Shown piece by piece: positions 1 to 10,164 of a stretch of 11,882 bases of DNA. The notes under the pieces were generated by a model. That model was given only the letters and a program-made list of their open reading frames with translations, was not told where the DNA came from and did not search any database. The position numbers and the translations under genes are program-made. The DNA lies in contig CBDDTI010000035.1 in assembly GCA_965233585.1 (NCBI GenBank), positions 1 through 11,882 on the forward strand, written 5' to 3'. Every line of letters starts with the position of its first letter. The stretch's first letter is position 1. The stretch comes from a bacterium (lineage in GTDB: Bacteria > SAR324 > NAC60-12).

Positions 1-717
1 TGCAGCGTCACCAACAACATCTACACCGTTGAAGATCTCACTCTGTGCAAACAAATCAACTTGAGAGCTCTGGTGACACAAAAATATAAAGCAAAACAGA
101 CTGCCACATCTTTGCTTATAAATGGGCTCCATTTTAAATATATTCCTGCCTTAATTCAATAAAAATATGCTTGATTATTCATTCACAAACTGCATTAAGA
201 GTTCCAAATTCTCGGAAGTTATTTTCAAAAAACACAACTTGAGAGTTTATGCAAATTATGTCCAATGTTAGTAATTTTATGCCTTGTTATGAGACTGTTG
301 TTTAAGTGAGGGAGTTTATCGTGATTCGCTTTGGTTCTCTTGAAAGATACTACATGTATTCGCTCTTCAGAGGAGTTATAACTCTTGACAAGGGTTGAAG
401 ATTGCAACATGGCAGATATGACTGCACAATTCACTTGGATCGCCACCACAAGTAAACAAACTTCATAAAATCTCTGCTAGCATAAAGACAGCCGGAAAGT
501 TTTTCACAGTGTAACGAACTCAACCGGGGCCACCCAACATTTTTCTCCCAATCACAGGACGAGCTCAGAACAAAAGAATCGGAGTTCATTCATTTTTTCG
601 GACCTAATAAAAGTGAGGTCAAATCTGACTGGGAATTGATGCAAAAGGCAATGTGAAAGGTTATTGCAACCCTTCTAGTTACAGCGAAATGTTGTTCATT
701 TTCATCACCGAAAAGGC

Positions 718-1101
718 AAATAAATATTTTCTAAATGGCGGCCCAAAAATTTTGTGAAACAGACTATTTACAAGCCAAATGTGGGCCTTGAATGCTAAAG
801 ACAAATTCAACACAAATATGTTTACTGAATGGCAGCCTGGAAGAGTTCAACAAATATATTTACCGTAAAGCCGTGGACTGGGAATTATGAGGACAAAACG
901 GCCGGGAATGTCCAGGATGACATACATGTAGTTGACACAAATATATGTACCGAATGACGGCCAGGAATTTTGAGGACAAAACGGCATTACCAAACACATT
1001 TAACTCACGTAATGAGTACCGATAACATGCAGCAGGATGGCAGAGAGGAAACACAAATATATTTACCAGATGATGGCATCAGGAATTTTGAAGACAAAAC
1101 G
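718..1101 (+). repeat. Degenerate array of a ~50-nt unit (consensus ~ACACAAATATATTTACCGAATGACGGCCAGGAATTTTGAGGACAAAACGG) with variable spacers
   Basis: Clear copies at 849-901, 935-984 and 1051-1101, a partial copy at 810-843 and a diverged copy at ~718-764. Shared blocks are ACAAATATATTTACC and GGAATTTTGAGGACAAAACG. Confidence 0.75.
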
Positions 1102-1149
1102 TCATGAAACTTTCCACTGAACACGGTCTATTCACGGAATAAAACGACA

Positions 1150-1270
1150 TGTTGCACTTGTGAATTTTTCAACAAGCTGAAATTGCACTTGCCCAGAAGC
1201 CGCTCATGAGAATTTCAGCTTTTTGAAATTGATTCCAAATTAAACTTGAGACCGTATGCTTACCCACACA
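1150..1270. mobile_element. Decayed hairpin (fold-back) element remnant
   Basis: TTTCAACAAGCTGAAATT (1167-1184) pairs with AATTTCAGCTTTTTGAAA (1211-1228) at 17/18. It resembles the terminal hairpins of the elements at 6835-7307 and 10165-10941. Outer boundaries are approximate. Confidence 0.5.
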
Positions 1271-1644
1271 TAATGCCCTGTAATATGTAGTAAGGAAGAG
1301 AATAATTCTGTTCAAATTGATGTTACAGGTTGTAAAAATTTATCAGCCTTCAAAATTGTAGCTGTTGAAGAAACTCTGTTTTGTCGACCTTCGTGTCAAC
1401 TGCTGGTGATCTGTTATAACAGTAGCCTCCTAAGGCAGACGACTTCTAAAATAATATGTACACCTGTACATCTGCAGTTGCTGGTGCTAAGATAAGTTTT
1501 GCTTCATGGCTGAGGAAATTTTCAAGCTTGGGAATACTACGAAATCTCAATGTCTTGGAGTCTGCATTGAAGCACAAGCACATGGAAAAGAAGCTTGGAT
1601 CAGTAAGAGGCTGACAAGCGACTGTCAATGCTCTGATTGGCAAT

Positions 1645-2392
1645 GAACATTATCCTATTCGGTGCCTCAATCAATATATCGGTCAATGTATCGGTCATTA
1701 CTCAATCAAGTGTCAATCAAGTAATGACCGATCTATCTGATAGATAATGTGATGATAGTATCATCACTTGTAATTATGGATGTTAACTGACTGACAGTGG
1801 ATAGTCTATATCAGCGGGCTAGTGGTTGACTTTTTCTCGACTAGCAACTGATACAAGACCAACAGTTGACCAGTGTACCACCGGTAGTTGACCGGTATTT
1901 GATCAATATGCTTCTGCTGATACACTATCAATAATATCACAATCAATATATTGGCCGACATTGGTGGATGTTTGACCTGTATTAACTCTCGGCACAAAGC
2001 CAACCAATGTATTAGTCAAGTGTCGATTGAGTAACGACCGACATATCAACCGATACATCTGTTGAAATGTCAATTGAGGCTCCCCATGAGAGAGAGAGAC
2101 TTAATTTATTTTATGAGGGTAACACGTGACAGTAATTAACATTACTGATGAACTTGTGGCCCTCTAAAATATAAAATACAATTTATAAAAGCTACATTAA
2201 AAAAGATACTATTTACAATACAATAAAAGGGAAAAAATTATTCCTAGAATTTAATTTTAGATAAATCGATTTAAAAGCGAAAAACTTGCAAACAAACATC
2301 TATCTGTTGTCATTAATTTATATCAAACGATCCCTTAGTCTTTTGAGAGTTAAGTAATGTTTTCCATAATTCAGCCTTAAGGTACTTGATCC
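1645..2392. mobile_element. Old non-autonomous TIR element with internal degenerate (TCGGTCGA/TCGACCGA-like) short repeats; right end interrupted by an insertion
   Basis: 1677-1707 TATCGGTCAATGTATCGGTCATTACTCAATC matches the reverse complement of 2025-2055 at 26/31, all transitions. GCCTCAAT (1664-1671) pairs with ATTGAGGC (2073-2080). The right end appears to resume as TAAGGTACTTGATCC at 2378-2392. Confidence 0.6.
2088..2377 (-). mobile_element. Probable 5'-truncated LINE 3' remnant with (TC)n tail
   Basis: (GA)6 microsatellite at 2088-2099 is followed by TTTATTTT, i.e. an A-rich tract then a (TC)n tail on the - strand. A short residual minus-strand frame (AELWKHYLTLKKTKGSFDIN*) lies at the 5' end. 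The segment splits the host TIR. Confidence 0.45.
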
Positions 2393-2885
2393 AACTTGAT
2401 TTTTTGACATCCTGAAACATAACTCAAATTTCTTGAACTGTAACCAATTTTGCAGTCCTACACTTTATTTCAAAACTACTACTTTTGTTTTCCTCTATAG
2501 AATTTTTTTTTTCCAACTAAGCTGTATATTTAATTTGGTGGCATTAATTGGCGACAGAAAGTTGAAATAAGCTGTGAGTGTAAAATTTGCTGTTGCCAAT
2601 TGTCACAGCGTTTCTTTATGCCCGTAACGAAGGCAAATGATACCACGCACTTTCATAGCTCGATAAATCCTAACTGTATAAATGCAAAACACAAATGCAC
2701 ACACAGTCAGCTTTAGCTCGTGCCGCTTTAAAGCAATACGATCAACAGTACTTGGATTGCTGATAAACATGGACGCTGTTTTCCTTCAGAAGTCGAAATG
2801 GCTTAATTCGTAAACTAAGCTCCATTACTCAGCTACAATTATAACCAACATTATACAATACATAACACTTCACATAGCTCCTTAC

Positions 2886-3004
2886 CTACAATCTTAAGCT
2901 TCAAAGGCAGCAGCTGTAAATGTGTTTCGGTACTTGCAGAAAGATCCGACAAAACATCCTCACTACAACTTCGAGCTTTCATGCGCAAAACACCATCCCG
3001 TCCC
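2886..3004 (-). other. Candidate 119-nt exon of unknown transcript
   Basis: Minus strand reads ttattttactAG|GGGACG...ATTGTAG|GTAAGG, with a good acceptor and donor. One frame is open (GRDGVLRMKARSCSEDVLSDLSASTETHLQLLPLKLKIV). I recognise no homology. Confidence 0.3.
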
Positions 3005-3272
3005 CTAGTAAAATAATCTCAGAAGACACGATCACAACGCATTTTCATTGGAAGAAACAACAACACATATGATTAGTCGAAAGGTGTTAGACAAGTCTGC
3101 CACGCAGGACTAAAGTGCAACGCTACAAAGATACACTACGGCGGGCTGCTACTACGGCTACTTCGGCCGTGAGGGACTAGGCTGACAACTCCGTTTGCTC
3201 CGCAAACTTCAAACAGATTAAGATTTCGCTGTACGGCAACGGGGTGTTCAGTATCTACGTGTCTTTACAAAA

Positions 3273-3380
3273 ATGGATACGTTCGACTTTATTCTACTTT
3301 CATACGACAAAGGCTTGATCAATGACAATGATTTCCTTCTTTTGTGTTGATCTTACATCTCCCAGAACTTAGATTTGCCT
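3273..3380 (+). pseudogene. Remnant of a Harbinger-type (DDE_Tnp_4/HARBI1-like) transposase N-terminus
   Basis: Translates MDTFDFILLSYDKGLINDNDFLLLC*SYISQNLDLP (TGA at 3348-3350). It resembles the recalled 'LLLSYDxGLIxDEEFLLLY..Y.S.N.DFP' leader of cnidarian Harbinger transposases. Confidence 0.55.
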
Positions 3381-3840
3381 CTCAGCTGCATTTAGAACCG
3401 CCTGTAATTCCTGAACTACAAAACAAAATAACACTGATAAAAGGCTCGATTTCAGCACAGGTAGGGTGTTCGTACAATGTGATAAGTCCGAAAATACAAA
3501 GCTTTGAATTCTAATAAAATACATTTTGAACAGCTCAGCTTAGTCGATACAAATTGAAGCTTTCTCGTCTGCGGCTGTTCGGACAGGTCAATTTAAAAAA
3601 TGACTGTCGCTTACGGTAGGTGTTGAAATCGTTCAAATTTTCTGTACAAATGACAAGGAAACAATTATTTTCCAACGGATTTTTATGATTGAGTACTTTA
3701 TCTTCGAAGTAGGTTGTTCAAACAGCAAAAAAGCGTTAAAATGAAAAGTAAACAGCAGGCTTATACTCACGTAGTGAAGAGTACGTGAAACCAGGCACTT
3801 TCCCATAGTAGAAAGCAAAGCCGTAGTGGAGCACGCGTCA

Positions 3841-3857
3841 TGACGTCACCGGAAGTG
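3841..3857. promoter_or_regulatory. Adjacent CRE (TGACGTCA) and ETS (CCGGAAGTG) motifs
   Basis: Perfect TGACGTCA at 3841-3848 immediately followed by CCGGAAGTG at 3849-3857, just inside the right TIR. Function is not shown. Confidence 0.4.
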
Positions 3858-4390
3858 ATTTTCACTATTTGCCGCCGTACTACAGCCTCGCCGTACCACT
3901 TTTAAAAAGTCCCTGTTGAACGTGAGGCTACTTTGAAATTTATCGAAGGGGTTTAAAACTGTCCCGGGCGTGTGGGACGTTTCAACTGTAAAGATACTAA
4001 AAAAGACAAACGAAGAAAACGTGGTGGAAGCAAGTTTGATCGTTGCGGCAGGAGGAAGGTGGAGAGGAAGGTCGATCGATGAGTAGTGCTAGTCTCCTGC
4101 CAGCTCGCTTCACTCACTGACTTGCTCGCAGGCTATTGTAGATCCTATACTAGCCTCGTCACTTGTTATCCATGTGCAAAAGAGTTTTAAAGGCCGGGCA
4201 TCTTCCGTACGAAGCTCTTGGACAAGCGCCGAGGAAGAGATTTCTTCTCATGTACGGTTTGGTCTAAACCTTACTGCAATTTCTTCACTTTATCTTTCTG
4301 TTTCTTCTCCGGCGATTAATATAAAATAAGACCAACACACAAGCAGTAACTCTGCATTAGTGTCAACGACCACGTCGGCCTAGCCTGCGT

Positions 4391-4690
4391 AGAAAAAAAG
4401 TGAAGCCTTAGCGTTAACTTGCTCGTAGCTGCCGGAGATTATCCCGGTTTCTGTAGCATGAAGAGGCTAGGAGTATTTCTACAACCCCTGCACGGGATGC
4501 TAGTCCATCTCAGGTCATTCCCCCGCAATTTGTTATATTAGGTTTCCCCGACAATTCGCGGTACCTATTTATACTCCTGGGTGGCGAGAGGCTTTGCGAG
4601 AGTTAAGTGTCTTGCCCAAGAACATAACACAGTGTCCCCAGCCAGGGCTCCAACCCGGAGTGCTCACTCCGGGAACAAGCGAACAAACCA
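4391..4690 (-). mobile_element. tRNA-derived SINE, 5'-truncated (A-box region missing)
   Basis: On the - strand: B-box-like GGTTGGAGCCC (4645-4655), then the SINE core TGTTCTTGGGCAAGACACTTAACTCTC, GGAGTATAAATAGGTAC, GATGGACTAGCATCCC and CTTCATGCTACAGAAACCGGGATAA, and a T-rich tail at 4391-4400. Confidence 0.85.
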
Positions 4691-5189
4691 GTTCCCAGGG
4701 CCGCCCTTCCGGAGCGAGAGTGGAGGCAGACTGCGTACTTCGTGTTGCAAATTAGTGTGTTATTTGGCGCGAGTTTGATTGCTAACTTTTTTAAGTTTGC
4801 AAACGAGTTTGTCAACTTTAGTTTGCCGTGTGAAGGCTGCTTAATATTCTTGTGCCACAGTAAATACTGAAAAAATTGTTAAAAAAAGATATGTACAGTG
4901 AACTGACAACTCTTTTTACGATCGCCTGCACCAAATCCCGTTTGAACTCCCAGACAAACTCTGTATTGCAGTTCTAATCATAAAAATTATAATTTCCTAT
5001 CTTTGTATTCCCAAAGTTTATTGTAAGCTGGGCAGGCATCCGGTCGTTTCGATACGAATTCTGCTCGATGCAATTCAATTCGATACAAACCTCAAGTCGT
5101 TTCGTAGCAAACTTAAACTAGAAAAATATCCCAATGAAATTGAGTTATCTTCCCATCGCATCTGACAGTCATCGAAAGAATTGTATTAA

Positions 5190-6024
5190 GGTGGCTTACT
5201 ACAGTTTTGATGGAGTATAAGAGCAAAATTTTTAACTCTTTTGAAAAAGGTTCCAAACTGTTTTCCCTTTACTATTTAATGCTTGCTTAAGTCTTTTATC
5301 ATTCTATGTGAAATTTGAACAATTAAATGTCAACAAATGGCCAAAATGAGCGACCGAGCACCCAATGAGAGACTGGGCACTAGTAGGTTAAGTCATGTTT
5401 TTCTCAAAATCTACCCGTATGACCCCACCTCAAAATTTCAGGAATAAGAAATTGGGTCTGATTTAACATTCATGCAAAGTAAAATAAAAATCTGTAAGAC
5501 AGATTTTTTGCAAATTAAGAAAATGTGAAATCAAAAATAGCTCAAAATCGGTCTTACAGATTTTTTAAAAATTTTGGCTCTAAACGTGATTTACTCCAAC
5601 AAATCAACTGTGAAAATTTCATCATAGGTTGTACGGTAGGTTTTCGAGCAATCGTCGATCAAACACAGGTTTTTACAACCTTGGACGAGAATTGAATTGC
5701 GCATGCCCTTTATTTGAGCACGCGCTCATGTGACGCCAGGTATCGCGTGCGAGAAAGCAAGAGTAAATAAGAGCTCTTTTACTGCAAGTTTATCAAACTT
5801 TTTTTTCATATTTTTTTGGCCCTAGGCTTGAATACGTGTTTGAACGGAGTTTGCAACTATCGCTTCATATATCAAAGCGATTTAACGCCTTTCAAGTGCT
5901 GAAGTGGTTTTTGTTACTTCTTGAGGTTACTTGCGTCATTTTTGCATGCGCGACAAATGCTCACGTGTGGCAGGCTTTCGTAGCGCGCGCTAATTAAGTC
6001 TTGGAAAAACTGTAGTAAGCCACC
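5190..6024. mobile_element. Non-autonomous Kolobok-type element (835 bp)
   Basis: Perfect 19-bp TIR GGTGGCTTACTACAGTTTT (5190-5208) / AAAACTGTAGTAAGCCACC (6006-6024), with TTAA TSD at 5186-5189 and 6025-6028. RR...YY termini plus a TTAA target indicate Kolobok rather than piggyBac. Confidence 0.9.
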
Positions 6025-6332
6025 TTAACTCAGTTTCCCAGGAGGGAAGTGGCAAAAAACTTTATTGCAAGCTTTATTGAAGTATTGTGGCTCGATATTC
6101 TGAAAAATGACGACGTTCATACAATTTTTTAAAAAATAGAATATTTAAAGCCCTTCAACACCTGTAAAAGGCATTTTGAAACGATCTTGCTGAACGTGCC
6201 TCTAGATGAATTTAAAATTCAGGGAAAGTACACAGTGGTATAATTTGTTTACATAGCAACAGCCATAGCGACGGTTGCTTACAGCCAGAAAGAGACCACA
6301 AATGTAGATCAGTATCAACAAATATGAAAGAT

Positions 6333-6563
<231 letters not shown>

Positions 6564-6576
6564 TCGCCATTACGCT

Positions 6577-6823
6577 CTGCGGACTACGGACTGGGGACTG
6601 TGGACTGCGGACTGTGGACTGCGGACTGTGGATTGCGGACTGCGGACTACAGACCTTTGGACTGCGGACTACAGACTTCGCACTGCATACTAGGTATAAA
6701 ACACGGACTTACGTATAAAACGCGGATTAAGCATTGCGGACCGAGTATAAAACACGGACTTAGGTATAAAACGCGGGCTGCGGACTAAATGCGGCCTACC
6801 AGCTGCAGTCCGTGTACTGACCG
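6577..6823 (+). repeat. (GCGGACT)n heptamer array plus four GTATAAAACRCGG units; probable truncated MITE ending TACTGACCG
   Basis: About 15 degenerate GCGGACT units at 6579-6688. GTATAAAAC(A/G)CGG at 6694, 6713, 6745 and 6764 (spacing 19/32/19). An inverted GCAGTCCG and TACTGACCG lie at 6805-6823. Confidence 0.8.
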
Positions 6824-6834
6824 GTCGTAACTAA

Positions 6835-7307
<473 letters not shown>

Positions 7308-7472
7308 AAGCTGTTAAGGCATGCGCAGTCATTTCCCTTATGAAAAGTAATATTTCGTTCAATTGCGATAACTTTTTACAAAATACAGCCACCATTACCC
7401 CACGTTCAATATGCAACCTGCAAACTTCCACCCCCCCCCCCCCAACTTCCTGGCTTGTTAAATGCTTCATCC

Positions 7473-7807
7473 ATGGTGTCAGAAACTTTGAGGTGTATTT
7501 TTCAAGTCCGACTTTTATAACAACTTACTTCACGCCAACATTTCTAATTCGAAGAGTATTGAGGCAAAATTCCTGAAACTTGGAGTAATCAAAGACCACT
7601 AGCGTTGTAATGCAATCAACCAAAAAATCGTAACATGTAACATCTGTCCTGACACAAGAAAATTTGTGCACTGGGTATGGTGCAAATAAGGCTATTTCCA
7701 GCTAACGCTTGTAAAAAGCACTGAAACAAGAGGTACTTGAACTGTGAACTTTGGTTGATTCCACAGAACGAAAGATAAACTTGCAAGACGAGCTTGATCT
7801 TGTTTTG
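7473..7807 (+). pseudogene. Decayed Merlin/IS1595-like transposase N-terminal (zinc-ribbon) fragment
   Basis: From 7501 it reads FKSDFYNNLLHANISNSKSIEAKFLKLGVIKDH*RCNAINQKIVTCNICPDTRKFVHWVWCK*. After frameshifts come ACKKH and G*FHRTK/INLQDELDLVL. This resembles the recalled Merlin pattern 'IEFL...G.I....C...W.C...C...WF..SKL.L.DIL.L'. Confidence 0.4.
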
Positions 7808-8118
7808 TAAAAGAGCAGGAACTGCTGGCGCCAATGCCATCAATACTTTAAAACCATAGCCACAGCAACCATTTTGAGTAAAACCTTCACTGATTTTTTT
7901 TTCATGAGTGTAATCGCACACAATCGATCTTTCTTCACCATAATTAACCAAACGTTTGGTCCCTTTTAGCCTATCGGGCCACCTTAATACAGACACAAAG
8001 GCATTGAGTTGGTCATGACTATGTGGTGGTTCCTAAAGAAGCAGTTGGTCTCTATCGGGAAATTTCAAACATGATGCAAGGTCGACTGAGTGCAATATCG
8101 TCTTGGAAAGCTGCTAGG

Positions 8119-8307
8119 CGGTAAAGGTACGAGCACGCCTTCACGAGTTTTCTTACACTGCGGTCTCTGCAGTTAAACTGACAGGCGAAGATCTTTGCCT
8201 GGAGGTCCCGGAACTTCTTCAGCTGAGTGCTCCGTAACTTCTTCTCTGAAATGATCGAGCCTGATTTGAAGCGAAGTCAAACGAGCCTCAGGGTGGAGCA
8301 AACTGAT
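8119..8307 (-). pseudogene. C-terminal fragment of a Mutator-like (MULE) transposase
   Basis: Minus strand reads ISLLHPEARLTSLQIRL[4-nt GATC insertion]ISEKKLRSTQLKKFRDLQAKIFACQFNCRDRSVRKLVKACSYLYR. It matches the recalled 'LLH.EA.L..LQIRLVSEKKL.R.Q.KKYR.LQAKIF...L.KACSYL' tail of invertebrate MULE transposases. Confidence 0.65.
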
Positions 8308-8469
8308 CTAGTGCTAACCACAAGAGCAGTAGAGCAAAATTAATCGTCTATTGAAATATTTTTTTCGTCTAGTGATATTCAAAATACACTTGCTAAGGGT
8401 TTTATTATCTACTTTTCTTGTCTTTATGTAGTATCTGTCAGTAAGCGCTGGGCTAATTAAATCACTTAT

Positions 8470-9266
8470 GGAGGCTCGAAATAGTTTTCATTTTCCCCAA
8501 ACCAGTTATACAAATTCTTCTCCAAATACAGTTCGGTTTATTGTATCAGTGTGAAATCTACATAGAAATAAATGAAACGTCATAAAGTCATTACATCATA
8601 TTTTTTTCAGAAAACCTGTTACCATGGCAACCATATAACGCATTCAGTTGCACCCCCAAAATCGAAAGCTATTGTGTTATTAAGAAAACAGGTCGGTGAA
8701 ATCTTCTCAAACCCCTATATTACATGCTACCAAGAATGATCTTCAAAATATATGCAAATGTTGAAAAAATTCTGTAGGGCAGATGAAAGGAAAAACCCAC
8801 TTTGCCACTTTTACTTTTTAAATTTTTTCCCCACCAACAGAACTTTAAAAACAAATTGGTGTAGAGACGCATCCGATTGATCTTAGTTGTCACCAAAAAT
8901 TTGAAAAATTTCATTGACCGGAAGCAGAAATATTGGCGCACGAAGTTCGAAATATGGAAAAAGTCAAGGTCGATTAGATCCCGGCACTTAGCACATGCAC
9001 GAAGTTGTTCACGCGCTCAATCGAGTTTCCACGCGTGCGAAACCACTGGCGTTCCATCCGGACGTATTCTCTGTGAAAAAGAGATATTTTTCGGTTTGAT
9101 CATTTTAAGGGTTACAAGAAAAGAAACCAAAATCACTTGGGCATTAACGTACTAAAAGATCTATCTAAATATGTACCATTGTAATGTTCTCTGACCCGTG
9201 CATGTTAGTTGTGGCGTGTGTAGATTGCGTGGGCGCGTGTGCAGCAAAAAACCCTTTCCAACCTCC
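8470..9266. mobile_element. Second Kolobok-like non-autonomous element (~800 bp)
   Basis: TTATGGAGGCTCGAAATAGTTTT (8466-8488) matches the reverse complement of 9248-9270 (TTATGGAGGTTGGAAAGGGTTTT) at 19/23. It shares the internal motif ATGCAAA...AAAAA(T)TCTGTA...CAGAT (8752-8784 vs 5472-5504) and a CpG-rich right third with the 5190-6024 element. Confidence 0.7.
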
Positions 9267-9616
9267 ATAACTTCCGTGTTTCATTTATTTTTAGTGGCAA
9301 TATGCAAAGTTTTCTATTACTTTAAGGCTTTTTTTGTTTTTATTAGATAACTTGTGTTATCCATGTACTTGTCAGCTCCGCCACAACTAGATTTCTAGCT
9401 ATTTGTGGGGCAAACTATCTCACTTCTGTATTGTTGTACCTAAGAAAAAGGAATAACGAAAATGTTCACTAACAAGCCAGTCAGCGCTCATTGACGCGTT
9501 TAGTGTTCCTTCATAAATCCGTTAATTCAAGCCGGGATCTGTAGTCAATTTGATGTTGTGTTTCTAGATAAACAACCCCAACCGTCTTTGTTTTTTGGTT
9601 CTACCCATTTTACTTA

Positions 9617-10157
9617 GGCCCCATTTATATGGTCTCGGGTACCCCGAGACAACCCTTCCCCCGAGTTACCCTGGCCGAGGCAACGTTTATCTTATTTCTT
9701 TCCAAAATTCAATGAACCGTTTACAGTATGAACGCAAACGCGTCTCGGGTGGGGGGGGGGGGGGGGGGAGGGGAGGGGGGCGAGACAACTCGAGTGGGCG
9801 AGTTGTCTCACCTCAGCAGGTAGGGTAACCCTGGCAAGCGAGACAACTTTTCTTCATAGAAACGCTTTGGCTCGGCTACCCGGGACAGCTCTCGGCGTGG
9901 CGAGTGTCACGTAATGCCTAGATTTCGTATTTAAGGCAGAAATTCGTAGCAATGAAGTGAAAATTAACTCGGCAAAACACACTGCGATCGGATGGCCGGG
10001 GGAAACTCAAAGAAAGAGGAATATTTGCACCTTTGATTATTCATGCAGGGTTAACTTTAACTCGGCCTACAGGAACCACGTTTTCATGTATAAGCGCTCA
10101 ATAAAGTTGCCTCTGGGGAAGGGTTGTCTCGGGTACCCGAGACCATATATTGCGCCC
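9617..10157. mobile_element. PIF/Harbinger-type (Tourist-like) MITE, 541 bp
   Basis: ~45-bp TIRs GGCCCCATTTATATGGTCTCGGGTACCCCGAGACAACCCTTCCCC and GGGGAAGGGTTGTCTCGGGTACCCGAGACCATATATTGCGCCC. TTA TSD at 9614-9616 and 10158-10160. GAGACAAC motifs recur internally. Confidence 0.85.
9751..9780 (+). repeat. G-tract (G18-A-G4-A-G6), potential G-quadruplex
   Basis: Read directly from the sequence. Flanked by inverted GTCTCG (9742-9747) and CGAGAC (9781-9786). Confidence 0.8.
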
Positions 10158-10164
10158 TTAGCTG

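Larger units (their letters stand above)
3128..3914 (+). mobile_element. Internally deleted PIF/Harbinger-like DNA transposon
   Basis: Imperfect inverted repeats TACGGCGGGCTGCTACTACGGC (3137-3158) and GCCGTACTACAGCCTCGCCGTA (3874-3895). The right terminus ...AAAAAGTCCCT reads AGGGACT on the - strand. A transposase N-terminal remnant lies inside. The left terminus and TSD are not resolved. Confidence 0.55.

Noticed and set aside
225..449. 74-aa ORF (and 1446-1643) as exons of a host gene
   Set aside because: Non-ATG starts and no recognisable homology. All three frames after the acceptor-like site at 604-605 hit stops quickly.
718..1101. CRISPR array
   Set aside because: Repeats are degenerate and of variable length, spacing is irregular, no cas genes are present and the context is eukaryotic.
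4089..4160. Small TAG...CTA-type MITE around CTTGCTCGCAGGCTA
   Set aside because: Only isolated terminal-like motifs; no matching TIR pair or TSD could be established.
4581..4815. Overlapping ORFs on both strands
   Set aside because: They are chance frames through the SINE head.
5186..6028. piggyBac assignment from the TTAA TSD
   Set aside because: Termini are GG...CC, not the CC(C/T)...(A/G)GG of piggyBac; Kolobok fits better.
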